From Gordius albopunctatus (taxonomy: Eukaryota), in the NCBI GenBank assembly GCA_964276515.1, contig OZ193910.1, positions 7,812,001 through 7,876,000 of the forward strand: a stretch of 64,000 nt of DNA, written 5' to 3'. The position numbers and the translations under genes are program-made. Under the pieces are notes generated by a model, which made no database searches, was not told the DNA's origin, and was given only the letters and a program-made list of their open reading frames with translations. Below are positions 15,001-30,000 of the stretch, piece after piece; position 1 is the stretch's first letter; each line of letters starts with the position of its first letter.

Positions 15001-18000
15001 AAATATTCTTAGCATATTGTCCTCGTTAGAATCTTGATAGGAATTTATGCGTGGGGGGATGTTTTAGATTGAGAGAAATTAAAATTTTCGTGCTGCGTTT
15101 AGTTTGTTTCAATATCGCTTTATAAGCGTGTCTCTAGTTTTAGTGAAACAAGCTCTATGCGATCGTGATTTAGAGATAATAATTTTTGACGACTGATCAA
15201 AAAAATGTTTTTAAAGGAATTCACCTCTTATACCGAAAACTTTCATGAGAGCTATATGGTTGAACAAAAAAATAGAAAAAATTTTGAGGTCGAAAAAATT
15301 TTTATTTTTCATATTCTTTCGAAAGGGAGATGAAAAAATCTTTAAAAGTTAGTAAATATTCTTAGAATTTTGTCCTTGTTAGAATCTTGAAAGGAATTTA
15401 TGCGTGGGGGGATGTTTTAGATTGAGAGAAATTAAAATTTAGGTGTTGCGTTTATATTGTTTCAATATCGCTTTATAAGCGTGTCTCTAGTTTTAGTGAA
15501 ACAAGCTCTATTCGATCGTGATTCAGAGTTAATAATTTTATGACTGATCAAAAAAATGTTTTTCAAGGAATTCACCTCTTATACCGAAAACTTTCATGAG
15601 AACTATATGGTTGAACAAAAAAATTGAAAAAATTTTGAGGTCGAAAAAATATTATTTTTTTCATATTTTTTCGAAAGGGAGATGAAAAAATCTTTAAAAG
15701 TTAGTAAATATTCTTAGCATTTAGTCCTTGTTAGAATCTTGATAGGAATTTATCCTTGGGGGGATGTTTGAGATTGAGAGAAATTAAAATTTTCGTGTTG
15801 CGTTTATATTGTTTCAATATCGCTTTATAAGCGTGTCTCTAGTTTTAGTGAAACAAGCTCTATGCGATCGTGATTTAGAGTTAATAATTTTTGATGACTG
15901 ATCAAAAAAATGTTTTTCAAGGAATTCACCTCTTATACCGAAAACTTTCATGAGAGCTATATGGTTGAACAAAAAAATTGAAAAAATTTTGAGGTCGAAA
16001 AAATTATTATTTTTCATATTCTTTCGAAAGGGAGTTGAAAAAATCTTTAAAAGTTAGTAAATATTCTTAGCATTTTGTCCTTGTTAGAATCTTGATAGGA
16101 ATATATGCGTGGGGGGATGTTTGAGATTGAGAGAAATTAAAATTTTCGTGTTGCGTTTATATTGTTTCAATATCGCTTTATAAGCGTGTCTCTAGTTTTA
16201 GTGAAACAAGCTCTATGCGATCGTGATTTAGAGTTAATAATTTTTGATGACTGATCAAAAAAATGTTTTTCAAGGAATTCACCTCTTATACCGAAAACTT
16301 TCATGAGAGCTATATGGTTGAACAAAAAAATTGAAAAAATTTTGAGGTCGAAAAAATTATTATTTTTCATATTCTTTCGAAAGGGAGATGAAAAAATCTT
16401 TAAAAGTTAGTAAATATTCTTAGAATTTTGTCCTTGTTAGAATCTTGAAAGGAATTTATGCGTGGGGGGATGTTTTAGATTGAGAGAAATTAAAATTTAG
16501 GTGTTGCGTTTATATTGTTTCAATATCGCTTTATAAGCGTGTCTCTAGTTTTAGTGAAACAAGCTCTATTCGATCGTGATTCAGAGTTAATAATTTTATG
16601 ACTGATCAAAAAAATGTTTTTCAAGGAATTCACCTCTTATACCGAAAACTTTCATGAGAGCTATATGGTTGAACAAAAAAATAGAAAAAATTTTGAGGTC
16701 GAAAAAATTATTATTTTTCATATTCTTTCGAAAGGGAGATGAAAAAATCTTTAAAAGTTAGTAAATATTCTTAGCATTTTGTCCTTGTTAGAATCTTGAT
16801 AGGAATATATGCGTGGGGGGATGTTTGAGATTGAGAGAAATTAAAATTTTCGTGTTGCGTTTATATTGTTTCAATATCGCTTTATAAGCGTGTCTCTAGT
16901 TTTAGTGAAACAAGCTCTATGCGATCGTGATTTAGAGATAATAATTTTTGACGACTGATCAAAAAAATGTTTTTAAAGGAATTCACCTCTTATACCGAAA
17001 ACTTTCATGAGAGCTATATGGTTGAACAAAAAAATAGAAAAAATTTTGAGGTCGAAAAAATTATTATTTTTCATATTCTTTCGAAAGGGAGATGAAAAAA
17101 TCTTTAAAAGTTAGTAAATATTCTTAGCATTTTGTCCTTGTTAGAATCTTGAAAGGAATTTATGCGTGGGGGGATGTTTTAGATTGAGAGAAATTAAAAT
17201 TTAGGTGTTGCGTTTATATTGTTTCAATATCGCTTTATAAGCGTGTCTCTAGTTTTAGTGAAACAAGCTCTATGCGATCGTGATTTAGAGATAATAATTT
17301 TTGACGACTGATCAAAAAAATGTTTTTAAAGGAATTCACCTCTTATACCGAAAACTTTCATGAGAGCTATATGGTTGAACAAAAAAATAGAAAAAATTTT
17401 GAGGTCGAAAAAATTTTTATTTTTCATATTCTTTCGAAAGGGAGATGAAAAAATCTTTAAAAGTTAGTAAATATTCTTAGAATTTTGTCCTTGTTAGAAT
17501 CTTGAAAGGAATTTATGCGTGGGGGGATGTTTTAGATTGAGAGAAATTAAAATTTAGGTGTTGCGTTTATATTGTTTCAATATCGCTTTATAAGCGTGTC
17601 TCTAGTTTTAGTGAAACAAGCTCTATTCGATCGTGATTCAGAGTTAATAATTTTATGACTGATCAAAAAAATGTTTTTCAAGGAATTCACCTCTTATACC
17701 GAAAACTTTCATGAGAACTATATGGTTGAACAAAAAAATTGAAAAAATTTTGAGGTCGAAAAAATATTATTTTTTTCATATTTTTTCGAAAGGGAGATGA
17801 AAAAATCTTTAAAAGTTAGTAAATATTCTTAGCATTTTGTCCTTGTTAGAATCTTGATAGGAATTTATCCTTGGGGGGATGTTTGAGATTGAGAGAAATT
17901 AAAATTTTCGTGTTGCGTTTATATTGTTTCAATATCGCTTTATAAGCGTGTCTCTAGTTTTAGTGAAACAAGCTCTATGCGATCGTGATTTAGAGTTAAT

Positions 18001-21000
18001 AATTTTTGATGACTGATCAAAAAAATGTTTTTCAAGGAATTCACCTCTTATACCGAAAACTTTCATGAGAGCTATATGGTTGAACAAAAAAATTGAAAAA
18101 ATTTTGAGGTCGAAAAAATTATTATTTTTCATATTCTTTCGAAAGGGAGATGAAAAAATCTTTAAAAGTTAGTAAATATTCTTAGCATATTGTCCTCGTT
18201 AGAATCTTGATAGGAATTTATGCGTGGGGGGATGTTTTAGATTGAGAGAAATTAAAATTTTCGTGCTGCGTTTAGTTTGTTTCAATATCGCTTTATAAGC
18301 GTGTCTCTAGTTTTAGTGAAACAAGCTCTATGCGATCGTGATTTAGAGATAATAATTTTTGACGACTGATCAAAAAAATGTTTTTAAAGGAATTCACCTC
18401 TTATACCGAAAACTTTCATGAGAGCTATATGGTTGAACAAAAAAATAGAAAAAATTTTGAGGTCGAAAAAATTTTTATTTTTCATATTCTTTCGAAAGGG
18501 AGATGAAAAAATCTTTAAAAGTTAGTAAATATTCTTAGAATTTTGTCCTTGTTAGAATCTTGAAAGGAATTTATGCGTGGGGGGATGTTTTAGATTGAGA
18601 GAAATTAAAATTTAGGTGTTGCGTTTATATTGTTTCAATATCGCTTTATAAGCGTGTCTCTAGTTTTAGTGAAACAAGCTCTATTCGATCGTGATTCAGA
18701 GTTAATAATTTTATGACTGATCAAAAAAATGTTTTTCAAGGAATTCACCTCTTATACCGAAAACTTTCATGAGAACTATATGGTTGAACAAAAAAATTGA
18801 AAAAATTTTGAGGTCGAAAAAATTATTATTTTTCATATTTTTTCGAAAGGGAGATGAAAAAATCTTTAAAAGTTAGTAAATATTCTTAGCATTTAGTCCT
18901 TGTTAGAATCTTGATAGGAATTTATCCTTGGGGGGATGTTTGAGATTGAGAGAAATTAAAATTTTCGTGTTGCGTTTATATTGTTTCAATATCGCTTTAT
19001 AAGCGTGTCTCTAGTTTTAGTGAAACAAGCTCTATGCGATCGTGATTTAGAGTTAATAATTTTTGATGACTGATCAAAAAAATGTTTTTCAAGGAATTCA
19101 CCTCTTATACCGAAAACTTTCATGAGAGCTATATGGTTGAACAAAAAAATTGAAAAAATTTTGAGGTCGAAAAAATTATTATTTTTCATATTCTTTCGAA
19201 AGGGAGTTGAAAAAATCTTTAAAAGTTAGTAAATATTCTTAGCATTTTGTCCTTGTTAGAATCTTGATAGGAATATATGCGTGGGGGGATGTTTGAGATT
19301 GAGAGAAATTAAAATTTTCGTGTTGCGTTTATATTGTTTCAATATCGCTTTATAAGCGTGTCTCTAGTTTTAGTGAAACAAGCTCTATGCGATCGTGATT
19401 TAGAGTTAATAATTTTTGATGACTGATCAAAAAAATGTTTTTCAAGGAATTCACCTCTTATACCGAAAACTTTCATGAGAGCTATATGGTTGAACAAAAA
19501 AATTGAAAAAATTTTGAGGTCGAAAAAATTATTATTTTTCATATTCTTTCGAAAGGGAGATGAAAAAATCTTTAAAAGTTAGTAAATATTCTTAGCATAT
19601 TGTCCTCGTTAGAATCTTGATAGGAATTTATGCGTGGGGGGATGTTTGAGATTGAGAGAAATTAAAATTTTCGTGCTGCGTTTATATTGTTTCAATATCG
19701 CTTTATAAGCGTGTCTCTAGTTTTAGTGAAACAAGCTCGATGCGATCGTGATTTAGAGTTAATAATTTTTGATGACTGATCAAAAAAATGTTTTTCAAGC
19801 AATTCACCTGTTATACCGAAAACTTTCATGAGAGCTATATGGTTGAACAAAAAAATTGAAAAAATTTTGAGGTCGAAAAAAATATTATTTTTTAAATTCT
19901 TTCGAAAGGATGATGAAAAAATCTTTAAAAGTTAGTAAATATTCTTAGCATTTTGTCCTTGTTAGAATATTGATAGAAATTTATGCGTGGGGGGATGTTT
20001 TAGATTGAGAGAAATTAAAATTTATGTGTTGCGTTTATATTGTTTCAATATCGCTTTATAAGCGTGTCTCTAGTTTTAGTGAAACAAGCTCTATGCGATC
20101 GTGATTTAGAGATAATAATTTTTGACGACTGATCAAAAAAATGTTTTTAAAGGAATTCACCTCTTATACCGAAAACTTTCATGAGAGCTATATGGTTGAA
20201 CAAAAAAATAGAAAAAATTTTGAGGTCGAAAAAATTTTTATTTTTCATATTCTTTCGAAAGGGAGATGAAAAAATCTTTAAAAGTTAGTAAATATTCTTA
20301 GAATTTTGTCCTTGTTAGAATCTTGAAAGGAATTTATGCGTGGGGGGATGTTTTAGATTGAGAGAAATTAAAATTTAGGTGTTGCGTTTATATTGTTTCA
20401 ATATCGCTTTATAAGCGTGTCTCTAGTTTTAGTGAAACAAGCTCTATTCGATCGTGATTCAGAGTTAATAATTTTATGACTGATCAAAAAAATGTTTTTC
20501 AAGGAATTCACCTCTTATACCGAAAACTTTCATGAGAACTATATGGTTGAACAAAAAAATTGAAAAAATTTTGAGGTCGAAAAAATATTATTTTTTTCAT
20601 ATTTTTTCGAAAGGGAGATGAAAAAATCTTTAAAAGTTAGTAAATATTCTTAGCATTTTGTCCTTGTTAGAATCTTGATAGGAATTTATCCTTGGGGGGA
20701 TGTTTGAGATTGAGAGAAATTAAAATTTTCGTGTTGCGTTTATATTGTTTCAATATCGCTTTATAAGCGTGTCTCTAGTTTTAGTGAAACAAGCTCTATG
20801 CGATCGTGATTTAGAGTTAATAATTTTTGATGACTGATCAAAAAAATGTTTTTCAAGGAATTCACCTCTTATACCGAAAACTTTCATGAGAGCTATATGG
20901 TTGAACAAAAAAATTGAAAAAATTTTGAGGTCGAAAAAATTATTATTTTTCATATTCTTTCGAAAGGGAGATGAAAAAATCTTTAAAAGTTAGTAAATAT

Positions 21001-24000
21001 TCTTAGCATATTGTCCTCGTTAGAATCTTGATAGGAATTTATGCGTGGGGGGATGTTTTAGATTGAGAGAAATTAAAATTTTCGTGCTGCGTTTAGTTTG
21101 TTTCAATATCGCTTTATAAGCGTGTCTCTAGTTTTAGTGAAACAAGCTCTATGCGATCGTGATTTAGAGATAATAATTTTTGACGACTGATCAAAAAAAT
21201 GTTTTTAAAGGAATTCACCTCTTATACCGAAAACTTTCATGAGAGCTATATGGTTGAACAAAAAAATAGAAAAAATTTTGAGGTCGAAAAAATTTTTATT
21301 TTTCATATTCTTTCGAAAGGGAGATGAAAAAATCTTTAAAAGTTAGTAAATATTCTTAGAATTTTGTCCTTGTTAGAATCTTGAAAGGAATTTATGCGTG
21401 GGGGGATGTTTTAGATTGAGAGAAATTAAAATTTAGGTGTTGCGTTTATATTGTTTCAATATCGCTTTATAAGCGTGTCTCTAGTTTTAGTGAAACAAGC
21501 TCTATTCGATCGTGATTCAGAGTTAATAATTTTATGACTGATCAAAAAAATGTTTTTCAAGGAATTCACCTCTTATACCGAAAACTTTCATGAGAACTAT
21601 ATGGTTGAACAAAAAAATTGAAAAAATTTTGAGGTCGAAAAAATATTATTTTTTTCATATTTTTTCGAAAGGGAGATGAAAAAATCTTTAAAAGTTAGTA
21701 AATATTCTTAGCATTTAGTCCTTGTTAGAATCTTGATAGGAATTTATCCTTGGGGGGATGTTTGAGATTGAGAGAAATTAAAATTTTCGTGTTGCGTTTA
21801 TATTGTTTCAATATCGCTTTATAAGCGTGTCTCTAGTTTTAGTGAAACAAGCTCTATGCGATCGTGATTTAGAGTTAATAATTTTTGATGACTGATCAAA
21901 AAAATGTTTTTCAAGGAATTCACCTCTTATACCGAAAACTTTCATGAGAGCTATATGGTTGAACAAAAAAATTGAAAAAATTTTGAGGTCGAAAAAATTA
22001 TTATTTTTCATATTCTTTCGAAAGGGAGTTGAAAAAATCTTTAAAAGTTAGTAAATATTCTTAGCATTTTGTCCTTGTTAGAATCTTGATAGGAATATAT
22101 GCGTGGGGGGATGTTTGAGATTGAGAGAAATTAAAATTTTCGTGTTGCGTTTATATTGTTTCAATATCGCTTTATAAGCGTGTCTCTAGTTTTAGTGAAA
22201 CAAGCTCTATGCGATCGTGATTTAGAGTTAATAATTTTTGATGACTGATCAAAAAAATGTTTTTCAAGGAATTCACCTCTTATACCGAAAACTTTCATGA
22301 GAGCTATATGGTTGAACAAAAAAATTGAAAAAATTTTGAGGTCGAAAAAATTATTATTTTTCATATTCTTTCGAAAGGGAGATGAAAAAATCTTTAAAAG
22401 TTAGTAAATATTCTTAGAATTTTGTCCTTGTTAGAATCTTGAAAGGAATTTATGCGTGGGGGGATGTTTTAGATTGAGAGAAATTAAAATTTAGGTGTTG
22501 CGTTTATATTGTTTCAATATCGCTTTATAAGCGTGTCTCTAGTTTTAGTGAAACAAGCTCTATTCGATCGTGATTCAGAGTTAATAATTTTATGACTGAT
22601 CAAAAAAATGTTTTTCAAGGAATTCACCTCTTATACCGAAAACTTTCATGAGAGCTATATGGTTGAACAAAAAAATAGAAAAAATTTTGAGGTCGAAAAA
22701 ATTATTATTTTTCATATTCTTTCGAAAGGGAGATGAAAAAATCTTTAAAAGTTAGTAAATATTCTTAGCATTTTGTCCTTGTTAGAATCTTGATAGGAAT
22801 ATATGCGTGGGGGGATGTTTGAGATTGAGAGAAATTAAAATTTTCGTGTTGCGTTTATATTGTTTCAATATCGCTTTATAAGCGTGTCTCTAGTTTTAGT
22901 GAAACAAGCTCTATGCGATCGTGATTTAGAGATAATAATTTTTGACGACTGATCAAAAAAATGTTTTTAAAGGAATTCACCTCTTATACCGAAAACTTTC
23001 ATGAGAGCTATATGGTTGAACAAAAAAATAGAAAAAATTTTGAGGTCGAAAAAATTATTATTTTTCATATTCTTTCGAAAGGGAGATGAAAAAATCTTTA
23101 AAAGTTAGTAAATATTCTTAGCATTTTGTCCTTGTTAGAATCTTGAAAGGAATTTATGCGTGGGGGGATGTTTTAGATTGAGAGAAATTAAAATTTAGGT
23201 GTTGCGTTTATATTGTTTCAATATCGCTTTATAAGCGTGTCTCTAGTTTTAGTGAAACAAGCTCTATGCGATCGTGATTTAGAGATAATAATTTTTGACG
23301 ACTGATCAAAAAAATGTTTTTAAAGGAATTCACCTCTTATACCGAAAACTTTCATGAGAGCTATATGGTTGAACAAAAAAATAGAAAAAATTTTGAGGTC
23401 GAAAAAATTTTTATTTTTCATATTCTTTCGAAAGGGAGATGAAAAAATCTTTAAAAGTTAGTAAATATTCTTAGAATTTTGTCCTTGTTAGAATCTTGAA
23501 AGGAATTTATGCGTGGGGGGATGTTTTAGATTGAGAGAAATTAAAATTTAGGTGTTGCGTTTATATTGTTTCAATATCGCTTTATAAGCGTGTCTCTAGT
23601 TTTAGTGAAACAAGCTCTATTCGATCGTGATTCAGAGTTAATAATTTTATGACTGATCAAAAAAATGTTTTTCAAGGAATTCACCTCTTATACCGAAAAC
23701 TTTCATGAGAACTATATGGTTGAACAAAAAAATTGAAAAAATTTTGAGGTCGAAAAAATATTATTTTTTTCATATTTTTTCGAAAGGGAGATGAAAAAAT
23801 CTTTAAAAGTTAGTAAATATTCTTAGCATTTTGTCCTTGTTAGAATCTTGATAGGAATTTATCCTTGGGGGGATGTTTGAGATTGAGAGAAATTAAAATT
23901 TTCGTGTTGCGTTTATATTGTTTCAATATCGCTTTATAAGCGTGTCTCTAGTTTTAGTGAAACAAGCTCTATGCGATCGTGATTTAGAGTTAATAATTTT

Positions 24001-27000
24001 TGATGACTGATCAAAAAAATGTTTTTCAAGGAATTCACCTCTTATACCGAAAACTTTCATGAGAGCTATATGGTTGAACAAAAAAATTGAAAAAATTTTG
24101 AGGTCGAAAAAATTATTATTTTTCATATTCTTTCGAAAGGGAGATGAAAAAATCTTTAAAAGTTAGTAAATATTCTTAGCATATTGTCCTCGTTAGAATC
24201 TTGATAGGAATTTATGCGTGGGGGGATGTTTTAGATTGAGAGAAATTAAAATTTTCGTGCTGCGTTTAGTTTGTTTCAATATCGCTTTATAAGCGTGTCT
24301 CTAGTTTTAGTGAAACAAGCTCTATGCGATCGTGATTTACAGTTAATAATTTTTGATGACTGATCAAAAAAATGTTTTTCAAGGAATTCACCTCTTATAC
24401 CGAAAACTTTCATGAGAGCTATATGGTTGAACAAAAAAATTGAAAAAATTTTGAGGTCGAAAAAAATATTGTTTTTCAAATTCTTTCGAAAGGGAGATGA
24501 AAAAATCTTTAAAAGTTAGTAAATATTCTTAGAATTTTGTCCTTGTTAGAATCTTGATAGGAATTTTTGCGTTGGCGATGTTTGAGATTGAGAGAAAATA
24601 AAATTTTCGTGCTGCGTTTAGTTTGTTTCAATATCGCTTTATAAGCGTGTCTCTAGTTTTAGTGAAACAAGCTCTATTCGATCGTGATTCAGAGTTAATA
24701 ATTTTATGACTGATCAAAAAAATGTTTTTCAAGGAATTCACCTCTTATACCGAAAACTTTCATGAGAACTATATGGTTGAACAAAAAAATTGAAAAAATT
24801 TTGAGGTCGAAAAAATATTATTTTTTTCATATTTTTTCGAAAGGGAGATGAAAAAATCTTTAAAAGTTAGTAAATATTCTTAGCATTTAGTCCTTGTTAG
24901 AATCTTGATAGGAATTTATCCTTGGGGGGATGTTTGAGATTGAGAGAAATTAAAATTTTCGTGTTGCGTTTATATTGTTTCAATATCGCTTTATAAGCGT
25001 GTCTCTAGTTTTAGTGAAACAAGCTCTATGCGATCGTGATTTAGAGTTAATAATTTTTGATGACTGATCAAAAAAATGTTTTTCAAGGAATTCACCTCTT
25101 ATACCGAAAACTTTCATGAGAGCTATATGGTTGAACAAAAAAATTGAAAAAATTTTGAGGTCGAAAAAATTATTATTTTTCATATTCTTTCGAAAGGGAG
25201 TTGAAAAAATCTTTAAAAGTTAGTAAATATTCTTAGCATTTTGTCCTTGTTAGAATCTTGATAGGAATATATGCGTGGGGGGATGTTTGAGATTGAGAGA
25301 AATTAAAATTTTCGTGTTGCGTTTATATTGTTTCAATATCGCTTTATAAGCGTGTCTCTAGTTTTAGTGAAACAAGCTCTATGCGATCGTGATTTAGAGT
25401 TAATAATTTTTGATGACTGATCAAAAAAATGTTTTTCAAGGAATTCACCTCTTATACCGAAAACTTTCATGAGAGCTATATGGTTGAACAAAAAAATTGA
25501 AAAAATTTTGAGGTCGAAAAAATTATTATTTTTCATATTCTTTCGAAAGGGAGATGAAAAAATCTTTAAAAGTTAGTAAATATTCTTAGAATTTTGTCCT
25601 TGTTAGAATCTTGAAAGGAATTTATGCGTGGGGGGATGTTTTAGATTGAGAGAAATTAAAATTTAGGTGTTGCGTTTATATTGTTTCAATATCGCTTTAT
25701 AAGCGTGTCTCTAGTTTTAGTGAAACAAGCTCTATTCGATCGTGATTCAGAGTTAATAATTTTATGACTGATCAAAAAAATGTTTTTCAAGGAATTCACC
25801 TCTTATACCGAAAACTTTCATGAGAGCTATATGGTTGAACAAAAAAATTGAAAAAATTTTGAGGTCGAAAAAATTATTATTTTTCATATTCTTTCGAAAG
25901 GGAGATGAAAAAATCTTTAAAAGTTAGTAAATATTCTTAGCATATTGTCCTCGTTAGAATCTTGATAGGAATTTATGCGTGGGGGGATGTTTTAGATTGA
26001 GAGAAATTAAAATTTTCGTGCTGCGTTTAGTTTGTTTCAATATCGCTTTATAAGCGTGTCTCTAGTTTTAGTGAAACAAGCTCTATGCGATCGTGATTTA
26101 GAGATAATAATTTTTGACGACTGATCAAAAAAATGTTTTTAAAGGAATTCACCTCTTATACCGAAAACTTTCATGAGAGCTATATGGTTGAACAAAAAAA
26201 TAGAAAAAATTTTGAGGTCGAAAAAATTTTTATTTTTCATATTCTTTCGAAAGGGAGATGAAAAAATCTTTAAAAGTTAGTAAATATTCTTAGAATTTTG
26301 TCCTTGTTAGAATCTTGAAAGGAATTTATGCGTGGGGGGATGTTTTAGATTGAGAGAAATTAAAATTTAGGTGTTGCGTTTATATTGTTTCAATATCGCT
26401 TTATAAGCGTGTCTCTAGTTTTAGTGAAACAAGCTCTATGCGATCGTGATTTACAGTTAATAATTTTTGATGACTGATCAAAAAAATGTTTTTCAAGGAA
26501 TTCACCTCTTATACCGAAAACTTTCATGAGAGCTATATGGTTGAACAAAAAAATTGAAAAAATTTTGAGGTCGAAAAAATTATTATTTTTCATATTCTTT
26601 CGAAAGGGAGATGAAAAAATCTTTAAAAGTTAGTAAATATTCTTAGCATTTTGTCCTTGTTAGAATATTGATAGAAATTTATGCGTGGGGGGATGTTTTA
26701 GATTGAGAGAAATTAAAATTTATGTGTTGCGTTTATATTGTTTCAATATCGCTTTATAAGCGTGTCTCTAGTTTTAGTGAAACAAGCTCTATGCGATCGT
26801 GATTTAGAGATAATAATTTTTGACGACTGATCAAAAAAATGTTTTTAAAGGAATTCACCTCTTATACCGAAAACTTTCATGAGAGCTATATGGTTGAACA
26901 AAAAAATAGAAAAAATTTTGAGGTCGAAAAAATTTTTATTTTTCATATTCTTTCGAAAGGGAGATGAAAAAATCTTTAAAAGTTAGTAAATATTCTTAGA

Positions 27001-30000
27001 ATTTTGTCCTTGTTAGAATCTTGAAAGGAATTTATGCGTGGGGGGATGTTTTAGATTGAGAGAAATTAAAATTTAGGTGTTGCGTTTATATTGTTTCAAT
27101 ATCGCTTTATAAGCGTGTCTCTAGTTTTAGTGAAACAAGCTCTATTCGATCGTGATTCAGAGTTAATAATTTTATGACTGATCAAAAAAATGTTTTTCAA
27201 GGAATTCACCTCTTATACCGAAAACTTTCATGAGAACTATATGGTTGAACAAAAAAATTGAAAAAATTTTGAGGTCGAAAAAATATTATTTTTTTCATAT
27301 TTTTTCGAAAGGGAGATGAAAAAATCTTTAAAAGTTAGTAAATATTCTTAGCATTTTGTCCTTGTTAGAATCTTGATAGGAATTTATCCTTGGGGGGATG
27401 TTTGAGATTGAGAGAAATTAAAATTTTCGTGTTGCGTTTATATTGTTTCAATATCGCTTTATAAGCGTGTCTCTAGTTTTAGTGAAACAAGCTCTATGCG
27501 ATCGTGATTTAGAGTTAATAATTTTTGATGACTGATCAAAAAAATGTTTTTCAAGGAATTCACCTCTTATACCGAAAACTTTCATGAGAGCTATATGGTT
27601 GAACAAAAAAATTGAAAAAATTTTGAGGTCGAAAAAATTATTATTTTTCATATTCTTTCGAAAGGGAGATGAAAAAATCTTTAAAAGTTAGTAAATATTC
27701 TTAGCATTTTGTCCTTGTTAGAATCTTGATAGGAATTTATCCTTGGGGGGATGTTTGAGATTGAGAGAAATTAAAATTTTCGTGTTGCGTTTATATTGTT
27801 TCAATATCGCTTTATAAGCGTGTCTCTAGTTTTAGTGAAACAAGCTCTATGCGATCGTGATTTAGAGTTAATAATTTTTGATGACTGATCAAAAAAATGT
27901 TTTTCAAGGAATTCACCTCTTATACCGAAAACTTTCATGAGAGCTATATGGTTGAACAAAAAAATTGAAAAAATTTTGAGGTCGAAAAAATTATTATTTT
28001 TCATATTCTTTCGAAAGGGAGATGAAAAAATCTTTAAAAGTTAGTAAATATTCTTAGCATATTGTCCTCGTTAGAATCTTGATAGGAATTTATGCGTGGG
28101 GGGATGTTTGAGATTGAGAGAAATTAAAATTTTCGTGCTGCGTTTATATTGTTTCAATATCGCTTTATAAGCGTGTCTCTAGTTTTAGTGAAACAAGCTC
28201 GATGCGATCGTGATTTAGAGTTAATAATTTTTGATGACTGATCAAAAAAATGTTTTTCAAGCAATTCACCTGTTATACCGAAAACTTTCATGAGAGCTAT
28301 ATGGTTGAACAAAAAAATTGAAAAAATTTTGAGGTCGAAAAAATTATTATTTTTCATATTCTTTCGAAAGGGAGATGAAAAAATCTTTAAAAGTTAGTAA
28401 ATATTCTTAGCATTTTGTCCTTGTTAGAATCTTGATAGGAATATATGCGTGGGGGGATGTTTGAGATTGAGAGAAATTAAAATTTTCGTGCTGCGTTTAT
28501 ATTGTTTCAATATCGCTTTATAAGCGTGTCTCTAGTTTTAGTGAAACAAGCTCTATGCGATCGTGATTTAGAGTTAATAATTTTATGACTGATCAAAAAA
28601 ATGTTTTTCAAGGAATTCACCTCTTATACCGAAAACTTTCATGAGAACTATATGGTTGAACAAAAAAATTGAAAAAATTTTGAGGTCGAAAAAATATTAT
28701 TTTTTTCATATTTTTTCGAAAGGGAGATGAAAAAATCTTTAAAAGTTAGTAAATATTCTTAGCATTTTGTCCTTGTTAGAATCTTGATAGGAATTTATCC
28801 TTGGGGGGATGTTTGAGATTGAGAGAAATTAAAATTTTCGTGTTGCGTTTATATTGTTTCAATATCGCTTTATAAGCGTGTCTCTAGTTTTAGTGAAACA
28901 AGCTCTATGCGATCGTGATTTAGAGTTAATAATTTTTGATGACTGATCAAAAAAATGTTTTTCAAGGAATTCACCTCTTATACCGAAAACTTTCATGAGA
29001 GCTATATGGTTGAACAAAAAAATTGAAAAAATTTTGAGGTCGAAAAAATTATTATTTTTCATATTCTTTCGAAAGGGAGATGAAAAAATCTTTAAAAGTT
29101 AGTAAATATTCTTAGCATATTGTCCTCGTTAGAATCTTGATAGGAATTTATGCGTGGGGGGATGTTTTAGATTGAGAGAAATTAAAATTTTCGTGCTGCG
29201 TTTAGTTTGTTTCAATATCGCTTTATAAGCGTGTCTCTAGTTTTAGTGAAACAAGCTCTATGCGATCGTGATTTACAGTTAATAATTTTTGATGACTGAT
29301 CAAAAAAATGTTTTTCAAGGAATTCACCTCTTATACCGAAAACTTTCATGAGAGCTATATGGTTGAACAAAAAAATTGAAAAAATTTTGAGGTCGAAAAA
29401 AATATTGTTTTTCAAATTCTTTCGAAAGGGAGATGAAAAAATCTTTAAAAGTTAGTAAATATTCTTAGAATTTTGTCCTAGTTAGAATCTTGATAGGAAT
29501 TTTTGCGTTGGCGATGTTTGAGATTGAGAGAAAATAAAATTTTCGTGCTGCGTTTAGTTTGTTTCAATATCGCTTTATAAGCGTGTCTCTAGTTTTAGTG
29601 AAACAAGCTCTATGCGATCGTGATTTACAGTTAATAATTTTTGATGACTGATCAAAAAAATGTTTTTCAAGGAATTCACCTCTTATACCGAAAACTTTCA
29701 TGAGAGCTATATGGTTGAACAAAAAAATTGAAAAAATTTTGAGGTCGAAAAAATTATTATTTTTCATATTCTTTCGAAAGGGAGATGAAAAAATCTTTAA
29801 AAGTTAGTAAATATTCTTAGCATTTTGTCCTTGTTAGAATCTTAAGGAATATATGCGTGGGGGGATGTTTGAGATTGAGAGAAATTAAAATTTTCGTGTT
29901 ACGTTTATATTGTTTCAATATCGCTTTATAAGCGTGTCTCTAGTTTTAGTGAAACAAGCTCTATGCGATCGTGATTTAGAGTTAATAATTTTTGATGACT

